A stretch of DNA of 64,000 nt from contig ONHW01000010.1 in the NCBI GenBank assembly GCA_900317745.1, forward strand, positions 911-64,910. Reading direction: 5' to 3'. The notes beneath the pieces were generated by a model that was not told the DNA's origin, made no database searches, and saw only the letters and a program-made list of their open reading frames with translations. Shown in pieces: positions 1 to 8,248 of the stretch (the stretch's first letter is position 1; every line of letters begins with the position of its first letter). This DNA comes from an uncultured Bacteroidales bacterium. GTDB lineage: Bacteria > Bacteroidota > Bacteroidia > Bacteroidales > Paludibacteraceae. A program made the translations under genes and the position numbers.

Positions 1-507
1 TTCTATAACTGCAAGAATTTGCAGGCAATCCGCAACTACGCTATCGCACCGCAGACCATCACCGAGCGTGCTGTATATAACGTAAACAAACAGACTTGTA
101 TCCTCTATGTGCCGATGGATTATATCGACTTGTACAGGACTAAAGCCGTTTGGTGCGACTTCAAAAATATCATTGGTGTAGCCACCGACCTGCAGTTTGA
201 GGATCAGATCGTGCAACTGTCGTATCTGAAAAAAGATGCAAGCGTACTGTATATGGAAACGCAAACATGGCAGGTTCCTCATGCTCCGCATATCGAAGGC
301 TTTACGTTTGAGAAATGGGAAGTGCTTGCCGGTGACCTGAACGATGGTATTCAGTTGCAAGCCGTTTATACCTCCGACCAGCCGACAGGTGCGCCTGAAG
401 TATTTGTCAACCCCGCCAATCCGGCACAGAAACTCATCCGCCGCGGTAATGTATATATCCTGCAAGACGGCAAGACATACAACATCAACGGCACAAGAGT
501 GGAGTAA
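1..507 (+). CDS. BspA-type leucine-rich-repeat surface protein, C-terminal fragment (5' end outside window)
   Basis: Frame 1 is open from base 1 (FYNCKNLQAIRNYAI...), a BspA/LRR_5-like repeat. It ends YNVNKQTCILYVP...KLIRRGNVYILQDGKTYNINGTRVE, the same C-terminal layout as the next gene. Confidence 0.7.
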   Translation, partial: FYNCKNLQAIRNYAIAPQTITERAVYNVNKQTCILYVPMDYIDLYRTKAVWCDFKNIIGVATDLQFEDQIVQLSYLKKDASVLYMETQTWQVPHAPHIEGFTFEKWEVLAGDLNDGIQLQAVYTSDQPTGAPEVFVNPANPAQKLIRRGNVYILQDGKTYNINGTRVE

Positions 508-547
508 TACTCTGATTGATAATTCAACAAATGAAAATACGATCACT

Positions 548-3022
548 ATGAAAAAGACTATTCTGTTGATTTGTTCGTTGATTGCAAGTATTTGCATCAA
601 CGCTGCGCCGGTGAAGATCGGTGACTTGTTCTATACCTTATATAGTAGTGATTTGACGGCTATTGTGGACTGTGCTCCGAGTGGAGAGAGTTATGAGGGA
701 CTGACAACATTGACATTGCCGGCTACGGTAACTTACGACGGCAAAGTCTATTCCGTTCTTTCGGTTGAGGAGGATGCGTTCGGTAAATGTCCGAATCTGG
801 AAACTGTGTATTGGAATATAGTGAACTGCGGACGAATCTATTATTCGGATGCGCACCCGTTCTACGCATCTTCGCGCACGACGCAGTTCAAGCATATCAT
901 CTTTGGCGAGGGCGTGAAGACTATTCCGATGTATGTGTGCTATAAGCAGTATAAGTTGGAAGATGTAGTTATCCCTTCCGGCGTAACGAGTATATTGCGT
1001 AACGCTTTTGCTGAATGCTCGAAACTGCAAACGGTTACTTTGCCGGAAGGCTTGACAACATTAGGTATATCTGCGTTCCTTAATTGCAGCAAACTGACGA
1101 GCATCAATATCCCGGCATCGTTGAAGGTGATTAATGATTATGCTTTCAAAGGTTGCTGCCAATTGACTTCTGTTGACTTGCATGAGGGGATGACGGAGAT
1201 TGATCAAGAGGCGTTTGCGCAATGTGCGTTCACCGAAGTGACGATACCCGGTACTGCCACCTATATCGGTGAAAAGGCGTTCGGCTCGATAGCAAGTCTG
1301 AAGACTGTAAATTGGAATCCTACCACCTGTAACAACTATGGCGGCTACGATGTATGTCCGTTCTATAACAGTACAGGTATCACGACATTTGTCATAGGCA
1401 GTAACGTGACGATGATTCCTAAGTATCTGTGCTATAATTTGAGCGGAATAACAGAGATTACAATCCCTGCGAGTGTGCAATCCATCGGTCTGGGTGCATT
1501 TTACCAGTGCTCGGGATTGAAGGAAGTAGTGCTTCCGGAAGGATTGACAAGTACAGGCGGATCAGTTTTCAAAAGTTGCTCCAACCTACAGTCGGTAACA
1601 ATTCCGAATTCGCTGAACAAGATCAATGATTATATGTTCCAATACTGTTCGAAGTTGGCTTCAATCAATTTGCGCGAGGGAATTACCTATATTGGCGATG
1701 CAGCGTTCGAACAATGTGCGTTCACGGAAGTGACGGTACCCGGTACAGCAACCTATGTCGGTGAAAAAGCCTTTAAATCGATTGCAAGTCTGAAATCCGT
1801 ATATTGGAATCCTACCACCTGTAACAATTATGGCGGCTACGACGTATGTCCGTTCTATAACAGTACAGGTATCACGACATTTGTCATTGGTAGCAATGTG
1901 ACGATGATTCCGGCATATTTGTGCTATAATTTGAGCGGAATAACAGAGATTACAATCCCTTCGAGCGTGCAATCCATCGGTCTGGGTGCATTTTACCAGT
2001 GCTCAGGATTGACGAAAGTGGTGCTTAATGAAGGCTTGACAAGTACTGGCGGATCTGTCTTCAAAAGTTGCTCTAACCTGAAGTCAATAAATATTCCGAA
2101 GTCGCTGAAGACAATCAACAACTATACGTTCCAATACTGCTCCAAACTGACATCAGTTAACCTGCATGACGATATCACACGTATCGGTACGGAGGCATTT
2201 GCAGAGACGGGATTGACAACAGTCACTGTTCCGCGTTCCGTAACTTCACTTGGCGAAGCTCCATTCCGCAGATGTGCGAATCTGACGAAAGTGTATTGGA
2301 AAGCAACCAATACGACTTGCAGTGGCTATTCAGATACACACCCGTTCTATCAGTGCACGGGCATCAAGACGGTTGTGTTCAGCGGGAATGTGGAGAAAAT
2401 TCCGAACGTAGCGTTCTACAATGCCAGTTCGTTGAGTCTTATCATCAATTTCTCCATTCTGCCGCAAACGATTAATGCAAATGTGTTCTATAATGTCAAC
2501 AAGGAAACCTGCGAATTGTGGGTTCCGGAAGTATCCATGGATCTGTACTTGGCTGCCGATGTGTGGAAAGATTTCGCCAAGCAAGCCAAGGCTCCGGCTG
2601 TAGAATCCGAGTTTGAGGATACAGCTTGCGACAGTTATACATGGAATGAAAAGACCTTCACGGAAAGCGGTGACTACAAAGATACACTGCAAACAGAACT
2701 TGGTCAAGACAGTATTATTACGTTGCACCTTACCATCAATCATTCTACCTTCGGTGAGGAAACCCAAGAGGCAGAGGGTAGTTATGAGTGGCACAATGAG
2801 ATATATACTCAGAGCGGCGATTATGAGTTTGTTACAACCAATACAGCAGGTTGCGACAGTATAGTTACTCTCCACCTGACGATCACGGAACCGGAGATTC
2901 CTACAGCCTTGCCGTCAGCAAAAGATGAACAGGTGTATGCCGAGAAGATCTTGCGTGACGGACAACTGTATATACGTCGCAAAGAGAATACCTATACGGC
3001 GACAGGCCTGAAAGTGGAATAA
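548..3022 (+). CDS. BspA-type leucine-rich-repeat surface protein with signal peptide
   Basis: The ATG at 548 gives MKKTILLICSLIASICINA (signal peptide); the upstream part of ORF 344..3022 overlaps the previous gene and was dropped. Many repeats of the type IP.SV..I...AF..C..L..V.LP.GLT.IG. The C-terminus has two C..Y.W....Y..SG.Y....T..GCDSI.TLHLTI modules and a tail ILRDGQLYIRRKENTYTATGLKVE. Confidence 0.85.
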   Translation: MKKTILLICSLIASICINAAPVKIGDLFYTLYSSDLTAIVDCAPSGESYEGLTTLTLPATVTYDGKVYSVLSVEEDAFGKCPNLETVYWNIVNCGRIYYSDAHPFYASSRTTQFKHIIFGEGVKTIPMYVCYKQYKLEDVVIPSGVTSILRNAFAECSKLQTVTLPEGLTTLGISAFLNCSKLTSINIPASLKVINDYAFKGCCQLTSVDLHEGMTEIDQEAFAQCAFTEVTIPGTATYIGEKAFGSIASLKTVNWNPTTCNNYGGYDVCPFYNSTGITTFVIGSNVTMIPKYLCYNLSGITEITIPASVQSIGLGAFYQCSGLKEVVLPEGLTSTGGSVFKSCSNLQSVTIPNSLNKINDYMFQYCSKLASINLREGITYIGDAAFEQCAFTEVTVPGTATYVGEKAFKSIASLKSVYWNPTTCNNYGGYDVCPFYNSTGITTFVIGSNVTMIPAYLCYNLSGITEITIPSSVQSIGLGAFYQCSGLTKVVLNEGLTSTGGSVFKSCSNLKSINIPKSLKTINNYTFQYCSKLTSVNLHDDITRIGTEAFAETGLTTVTVPRSVTSLGEAPFRRCANLTKVYWKATNTTCSGYSDTHPFYQCTGIKTVVFSGNVEKIPNVAFYNASSLSLIINFSILPQTINANVFYNVNKETCELWVPEVSMDLYLAADVWKDFAKQAKAPAVESEFEDTACDSYTWNEKTFTESGDYKDTLQTELGQDSIITLHLTINHSTFGEETQEAEGSYEWHNEIYTQSGDYEFVTTNTAGCDSIVTLHLTITEPEIPTALPSAKDEQVYAEKILRDGQLYIRRKENTYTATGLKVE
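1211..2194 (+). repeat. 492-bp (164-codon) tandem duplication inside the LRR gene
   Basis: CCTACCACCTGTAACAA... starts at 1319 and again at 1811. GCGTTTGCGCAATGTGCGTTCAC at 1211 matches GCGTTCGAACAATGTGCGTTCAC at 1703. The core ~210 nt is nearly identical. Confidence 0.85.
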
Positions 3023-3064
3023 TGCGAATTAAAAACAATAATCAATCATAAAACTAATACAATT

Positions 3065-4042
3065 ATGGAAAAACCTTATGTTCTTGGAATTGACATGGGT
3101 GGTACCGGCACCAAGTTCGGTATTGTAGACGCCCGTGGCAACGTATTGCAATCGTCATCTATCCCGACGCCGCAGTACCCTGATATCAATGAGTATTGCG
3201 ACGTGCTCTGCGCCGAGATGAAGAAGATTGCCGACGCCTTTGGCGGCATGGAGAATGTACGCGGCGTAGGCGGTGGTACGCCTAACGGCAACTACTACAC
3301 CGGCTGCATCGAGTATGCACCGAACCTGCCGTGGAAAGGCGTTGTACCGTTTGCCAAACTTATTCAGGAGCGCATGGGCGTACCTTGCCGTATTACCAAC
3401 GATGCCAATGCCGCTGCCATGGGCGAGATGACCTACGGTGCTGCACGAGGCATGAAGAACTTTATCGAGATCACACTGGGTACAGGCGTTGGCTCGGGTA
3501 TCGTGATTGACGGCAAGATCGTGTACGGTCACGACGGTTTCGCCGGTGAGCTCGGCCACACCAAGATCGTTCACGGACCGGAAGGACGCCAGTGCGGTTG
3601 TGGTCAGCGCGGATGTATCGAGGCGTATGCTTCGGCTACAGGCGTGGCACGTTCTGCCAAGGAGATCATCGAGAACTCTACCAAAGAGACCTCGCTCCGC
3701 AAGCTCGAGAACATCACCTCGTATGATGTCTTCAAGGCTGCAGAGGCAGGCGACGAGGTTGCCAAGGAGATCTTTGATTTCACAGGCGAGATGCTCGGCA
3801 AGAAACTGGCTGACTTTGTGGCATTCTCCGCTCCGGAGGCAATCATCCTGTTCGGCGGGCTCACCAAGTCCGGCCACTGGATCATGGATCCTATCGAGAA
3901 AGCCCTCAACGACAACGTTATGCCTCTCTGGAAGGGAAAAGTCAAACTGCTCGTTTCCACCCTCAAGGATTCGGATGCCGCTATCCTCGGCGCCAGCTCG
4001 CTGGCATGGGATATAGCCGCACAAGCACCTATGAAAAATTAA
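3065..4042 (+). CDS. ROK-family glucokinase / sugar kinase
   Basis: N-terminal LGIDMGGTGTKFGIVD (ATP-binding DxGGT) and the ROK zinc motif GHTKIV..PEGRQCGCGQRGCIEAYAS. Confidence 0.85.
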   Translation: MEKPYVLGIDMGGTGTKFGIVDARGNVLQSSSIPTPQYPDINEYCDVLCAEMKKIADAFGGMENVRGVGGGTPNGNYYTGCIEYAPNLPWKGVVPFAKLIQERMGVPCRITNDANAAAMGEMTYGAARGMKNFIEITLGTGVGSGIVIDGKIVYGHDGFAGELGHTKIVHGPEGRQCGCGQRGCIEAYASATGVARSAKEIIENSTKETSLRKLENITSYDVFKAAEAGDEVAKEIFDFTGEMLGKKLADFVAFSAPEAIILFGGLTKSGHWIMDPIEKALNDNVMPLWKGKVKLLVSTLKDSDAAILGASSLAWDIAAQAPMKN

Positions 4043-4110
4043 TCAGCCGAACTTTTGGCTGATCTCATGATTCGTATTCATCAGCCGAACTTGGCTGATC
4101 ATTAGACAGG

Positions 4111-4824
4111 ATGCTTCGTATATTATACCAGTTCCCAACGTGGATGCAACACTTGTACCGCGGTGTCACATGGCGCCGCGATGCAAGTGTTCTGCATGAC
4201 GGCAAGCCTGTAGTGTATCTTACCTTCGACGACGGACCGATACCCGAAGTCACACCTGCCATATTGGATATACTCAAGCAATACGGCATACGGGCTACAT
4301 TCTTTGTAGTGGGTGACAATATACAAAAGTACCCGCACATATATGCGCGCGTGTTGAGTGAAGGTCACCGTGTCGGCAACCACACTTTCCATCACATCAA
4401 GGGTACGAAGACCCCTCTCCGGCTCTCCCCTCATAAGGGAGAGAGTGATTACTACCTGCAAGATATAGAAGCCTGCCAACAAATAATGAATGCTGCCTGC
4501 CAAAATGTAATCACTCCATTCCCAAAGAGGGAAGGGCAGGGAATGGGTCTATTGTTTCGCCCACCATACGGCAAGATGACGTTCCGCCAGAAACGAGCCA
4601 TTCTGGAGCGAGGTTACGAGATCATCTTGTGGGACGTACTCACTCACGATTACAACCGCAGTTACTCGCCCGAAAAGATGTTTGCCATCATTCAGCGCTA
4701 TACCCGCCCGGGCAGTATAATCAATTTCCACGACTCCGTCAAGTCTGCCGACCGCACTATTGCCGTGTTGCCACGCGTCATCGAGTGGCTGCAGCAGAAC
4801 GGCTACAGCATCGAACTGCTATGA
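4111..4824 (+). CDS. Polysaccharide deacetylase (NodB homology domain) family protein
   Basis: NodB motifs YLTFDDGP, GNHTFHH and LFRPPYG. Confidence 0.85.
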   Translation: MLRILYQFPTWMQHLYRGVTWRRDASVLHDGKPVVYLTFDDGPIPEVTPAILDILKQYGIRATFFVVGDNIQKYPHIYARVLSEGHRVGNHTFHHIKGTKTPLRLSPHKGESDYYLQDIEACQQIMNAACQNVITPFPKREGQGMGLLFRPPYGKMTFRQKRAILERGYEIILWDVLTHDYNRSYSPEKMFAIIQRYTRPGSIINFHDSVKSADRTIAVLPRVIEWLQQNGYSIELL

Positions 4825-5456
4825 CCAAGCGCTTTGATATAGGATTCTTGGTGTCCGGCTTGATAGTTCAGGTTCTTGTCTATTGGCTTGCGCCTACACA
4901 CTGGTTGTCGCTTCTGAGCGGTCTGCTGGGTATAACTTCGGTCATCCTGTGTTCGCAAGGCAATATATGGACGTTTGCCTTCGGATTCGGTCAGATTCTC
5001 ACGTACAGCGGGCTTTGCTGGATGGAGCGTTTCTATGCCGGACTCATGATGAACGCCTTCTATTTCTTCTCGCAGATCTACGGTATTTACGCGTGGCGCA
5101 GGCAGCGAACGGACGAATCGGTAATTATTGCGCCTCGTTCGATACCGCTCAGGCAGTTTGTGGTGCTGTGTGCAGGCTTGGCTGTTGTATCAGCCGGAGT
5201 GGGGTGGATACTTGACGGTTATACCGATGATTCGCAGCCGTACATGGATGCCATAACTACCGTTGTGTCCGTTGTGGCACAGGTGATGCTCGTGATGGCT
5301 ATACGCCAGCAATGGTGGCTCTGGCTGTTTGTGGATGTGCTGTTTGTAGCGATGTGGATTATGGCGGGCAACTGGAGTATGGTGGCGCAGTACAGTTTCT
5401 GGTGCATCAATTGCATCTATGGCATGCTACGTTGGAAAGAACTGGCTGCAAAATGA
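4821..5456 (+). CDS. pnuC: Nicotinamide riboside transporter PnuC family
   Basis: Start MTKRFDIGFLVSG at the ATG at 4821, which overlaps the previous stop (ATGA). A multi-TM protein with PnuC-like segments (GNIWTFAFGFGQILTYS, FYFFSQIYGIYAWRR, LFVDVLFVAMW). The upstream part of ORF 4629.. lies inside the deacetylase gene. Confidence 0.75.
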   Translation: MTKRFDIGFLVSGLIVQVLVYWLAPTHWLSLLSGLLGITSVILCSQGNIWTFAFGFGQILTYSGLCWMERFYAGLMMNAFYFFSQIYGIYAWRRQRTDESVIIAPRSIPLRQFVVLCAGLAVVSAGVGWILDGYTDDSQPYMDAITTVVSVVAQVMLVMAIRQQWWLWLFVDVLFVAMWIMAGNWSMVAQYSFWCINCIYGMLRWKELAAK

Positions 5457-5519
5457 CAAAAAAACTACTCTTTGCGCAAAAAAAATCACTTTACTCTTGC
5501 ATATATCAATTTTTTTTTG

Positions 5520-5527
5520 TATCTTTG
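5520..5527 (+). promoter_or_regulatory. Bacteroidetes -7 box TATCTTTG (with TTG at about -33) for the OMP gene
   Basis: TTGCATATATCAATTTTTTTTTGTATCTTTG at 5497-5527 fits the TTTG-N19-21-TAnnTTTG consensus, 20 nt upstream of the ATG at 5548. Confidence 0.5.
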
Positions 5528-5547
5528 TGCCGAATTAGTGTGTGACT

Positions 5548-6510
5548 ATGTCAAAAAGAGCAGTCATATTTTTGCTTACCTTGTTGGTAATCGGTGCTCC
5601 GCACCTGTTTGCAGGTAGTACGGATACATTGCACACCACGTATGTGGTGAATTCGGATTATGTGCCTACGCATGTGGTACAGATATCTGCCGGAGGTGGT
5701 TTGCATACCTTGTTACCCAAGCTCACTGAGGATGGACGCAACACCCTTGGCTTGACTAACGGTGTAGGTGCAGGCGCACAGGTGCAAGCTACATATACAT
5801 ACTACATCCACAAGTATGTTGGTATAACCGGCGGTTTTGGCTTTGATATGTACTCCGGCAATATGCACGGTGAGTTCAGCGACCGCGTATGGCTGTACGA
5901 CAACTTCAACCAGATGAATTACTGGCTCAACAGCGATTATACCAATTTCAAGGAGCGCGAGCAGGTATATATGCTCACTATTCCTGTAGGTGTCACCGGG
6001 CGTGTCAACCTTACTGACCCTATACAGCTCCGCGGTACGATTGGCTTTGGCATGAGTGCTATCGTCGGCTCGCATTTCCGTGGCGAGGGGCAACTCACCA
6101 CTACTGCCGATTATCTTGACTACAACCTGCATTTCGACCCCGACCTGCCGCAACACGGCTTCAGCAACTATTATATGGGCGGCTATCAGGGTAAGATTGA
6201 GAACTCTTTCCCGGTGAACATGTTCGTCTACGGTGACTTTGGTATGCACTATCAGTTCAACCGCCGTTGGGGTGTTTATGCCGGTGTATATGTCCAGTAT
6301 AACTGTTTCAATGCCATACGTCCTACCACGGATTTGGCTGGTCGTCGTCCCGAGCTCGTCAAGTTCGACTCGCAGACCAAGCAGTTCACCTATGCCGGCA
6401 TGCTCAACTCGAAGTTCGTTGAGGCTATCAATCCCCTGTCTGTCGGCGTGAAGGTCGGTGTCACAATCACGTTCCTCGATCCTATCAAATGTAATTGCGA
6501 GGATTGGTAA
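5548..6510 (+). CDS. Putative outer-membrane beta-barrel protein
   Basis: Signal peptide MSKRAVIFLLTLLVIGAPHLFA. Alternating aromatic/glycine beta-strand-like segments (GITGGFGFDMY, WGVYAGVYVQY). The ATG at 5548 is preferred over the GTG at 5542. Confidence 0.6.
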   Translation: MSKRAVIFLLTLLVIGAPHLFAGSTDTLHTTYVVNSDYVPTHVVQISAGGGLHTLLPKLTEDGRNTLGLTNGVGAGAQVQATYTYYIHKYVGITGGFGFDMYSGNMHGEFSDRVWLYDNFNQMNYWLNSDYTNFKEREQVYMLTIPVGVTGRVNLTDPIQLRGTIGFGMSAIVGSHFRGEGQLTTTADYLDYNLHFDPDLPQHGFSNYYMGGYQGKIENSFPVNMFVYGDFGMHYQFNRRWGVYAGVYVQYNCFNAIRPTTDLAGRRPELVKFDSQTKQFTYAGMLNSKFVEAINPLSVGVKVGVTITFLDPIKCNCEDW

Positions 6511-6533
6511 ACCATCCGTCTTGTAAAAATAGT

Positions 6534-6566
6534 AATAGCGGGCTATCCGGTTGGATGCCCGCTATT
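6534..6566. terminator. Bidirectional hairpin between convergent genes
   Basis: AATAGCGGGC (6534-6543) pairs with GCCCGCTATT (6557-6566). It lies between the OMP stop and the U32 stop. Confidence 0.5.
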
Positions 6567-6602
6567 ATTGTGCATTCTGTTATGCCGTTGGCTCGGGTAG
6601 GG

Positions 6603-7883
6603 TTATCCTATGCTCTCCAGCAGGTATAACTTGTCGCCGCGATGCAAAGGCTCTGTTGTCTGTATGGCAAACAACTCGCCCTGTTTGACAGCGGTAACAG
6701 GCTTGTCGGTGCGCATCTCGCGTGCTGTGCACTCGTATGCGCCGGTCGTGTGTCCTGTCACGAGCAGGTCGTCACCCTCATGCAACTCGGGTATAGCCTC
6801 CAGCAGAAACTCTGCCACACCGATGTTCTTGAAGTAGTTCGTGCACTTGCCGGCATAGACTTTCTTCTTCGTAGCCTTGCTGCCATAATCGTTCGTCCAC
6901 TCGCCCAGACGCTGACCGAGGTAGTAGCCGTTCCAGAACCCGCGGTTGAACACCGTAGCCAACTGCTTATCCCATTCGGCAATCTTCTGCTCCATCTCTG
7001 TCTTTCGACTTTCGACTTTCGACTTTCGACTCTCCTCCCACATCTCCACCGCCTCGCGGTAGCAGCGCACCACCGTGCTCACATACTCCGGTCCGCGCGC
7101 ACGGCCTTCTATCTTCAGCACACGCACGCCGGCATCCAGCATCTGATCGAGGAAATGTATTGTCTTCAGGTCTTTGGGCGACATGATATACTCGTTGTCC
7201 ACCTCCAGCTCGACATCCGACGATTTGTCCTTCACCACGTATGCCCGCCGGCATATCTGTGCGCAGGCTCCGCGGTTAGCCGAACTGTTCAGGTTGTGCA
7301 GCGAGAGGTAACACTTGCCGCTCACCGCCATACATAGTGCACCGTGGCAGAACATCTCGATACGTATCGGCTCGCCGTGACGGCCGCGTATGTCCTGCTC
7401 CTGTATGTCTTTGTATATCGATGCTACCTGCGTCAGGTTCAGCTCGCGCGCCAGCACTACTACATCCGCAAACTGTGCATAGAACTTCAGTGCCTCGGTG
7501 TTGGCTATGTTCAGCTGTGTGGACAGATGCACCTCCACATCCTGTTGCACGGCATACTGCATCACGGCTATATCCGAAGCGATAATGGCATCTACACCGG
7601 CTTGCTTGGCGTGATTGACTATTGTTTGCATCATCGGTATATCCTCGGGGTAGATCACCGTGTTAACGGTCAGATAGGTCTTTACGCCCGCCTCGCGGCA
7701 GATGGCTACTATCTTGTGCAGGTCGTCGGTGGTGAAGTTAGCTGCCGAGCGAGCACGCATGTTCAGGTGCTCGATACCGAAATATACGCTGTTGGCACCG
7801 GCTTTGATAGCGGCTGCCAGACTCTCGTACGAACCTACGGGAGCCATAATCTCTACTTGGCTTGTCCTATTGTATGGAGTCAT
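6603..7883 (-). CDS. Peptidase U32 family protein
   Basis: U32 signature E-x-F-x2-G-A-L-C-x4-G-x-C-x-L-S is present as EMFCHGALCMAVSGKCYLS. N-terminal VEIMAPVGSYESLAAAIKAGANSVYFG. Confidence 0.9.
   Translation of the reverse strand: MTPYNRTSQVEIMAPVGSYESLAAAIKAGANSVYFGIEHLNMRARSAANFTTDDLHKIVAICREAGVKTYLTVNTVIYPEDIPMMQTIVNHAKQAGVDAIIASDIAVMQYAVQQDVEVHLSTQLNIANTEALKFYAQFADVVVLARELNLTQVASIYKDIQEQDIRGRHGEPIRIEMFCHGALCMAVSGKCYLSLHNLNSSANRGACAQICRRAYVVKDKSSDVELEVDNEYIMSPKDLKTIHFLDQMLDAGVRVLKIEGRARGPEYVSTVVRCYREAVEMWEESRKSKVESRKTEMEQKIAEWDKQLATVFNRGFWNGYYLGQRLGEWTNDYGSKATKKKVYAGKCTNYFKNIGVAEFLLEAIPELHEGDDLLVTGHTTGAYECTAREMRTDKPVTAVKQGELFAIQTTEPLHRGDKLYLLESIG
7003..7030. repeat. (TTTCGAC)4 heptanucleotide tandem repeat inside the U32 CDS
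   Basis: Four perfect 7-nt units. On the coding strand this is (GTCGAAA)4, encoding ESRKSKVESRK. Confidence 0.95.
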
Positions 7884-7898
7884 GTCCTGTAAATTGTG

Positions 7899-8045
7899 TT
7901 ATTGTGCACTTTGTTCTCTGTACTCTTGCGGTGTCATACCTGTAGCATGCTTGAAGTAACGGCAGAAATTAGCAGTAGTGGGGAAACCTAACTGAATATA
8001 ATTTTGTGCAAAGATACTGCTTTTTTTTGATATTTGCAAATTTTC
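7899..8045 (-). pseudogene. AraC-family HTH regulator, C-terminal remnant (48 codons, no start)
   Basis: The minus-strand frame reads ENLQISKKSSIFAQNYIQLGFPTTANFCRYFKHATGMTPQEYREQSAQ*, the second-helix region of AraC/XylS HTH domains. It is bounded upstream by an in-frame TGA and has no Met. Confidence 0.55.
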
Positions 8046-8124
8046 TCACACATTTTGGTAGTAAAAATGCGAAAATCGGTAACCTAATTTGCAAAAATAA
8101 GTTGCATTTTTCATAAAAAAGTAG

Positions 8125-8132
8125 TAACTTTG
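8125..8132 (+). promoter_or_regulatory. Orphan -7 box TAACTTTG with no downstream plus-strand gene
   Basis: GTAGTAACTTTGCAG matches TAnnTTTG. The next plus-strand ORF (8226..8450) is antisense to the ATPase gene and looks non-coding. Confidence 0.3.
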
Positions 8133-8248
8133 CAGTCGAATTTGTTACCAGCCTGCCGGATTACTTGTGTATAGGGTGGGTGATGATTTTGTTGTGAAAC
8201 ATAACCTCTTAAAATAGAATGATTTATGAAGAAAATCTGCTCGTTGCT

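Noticed and set aside
344-547. N-terminal extensions of track ORFs (344..547, 4629..4820, 25064..25105, 38939..39067, 39114..39161, 52026..52208, 62133..62273, 63357..63476).
   Set aside because: The extensions overlap the preceding gene or run through promoter or terminator sequence. In each case an internal ATG gives a proper signal peptide or a conserved N-terminus.
2880-3022. The C-terminal tails of the LRR proteins (..ILRDGQLYIRRKENTYTATGLKVE and ..YILQDGKTYNINGTRVE) as T9SS sorting domains.
   Set aside because: The tail is short and I cannot match it to the type A or type B T9SS C-terminal domain consensus from memory. I left it as a conserved tail of unknown role.
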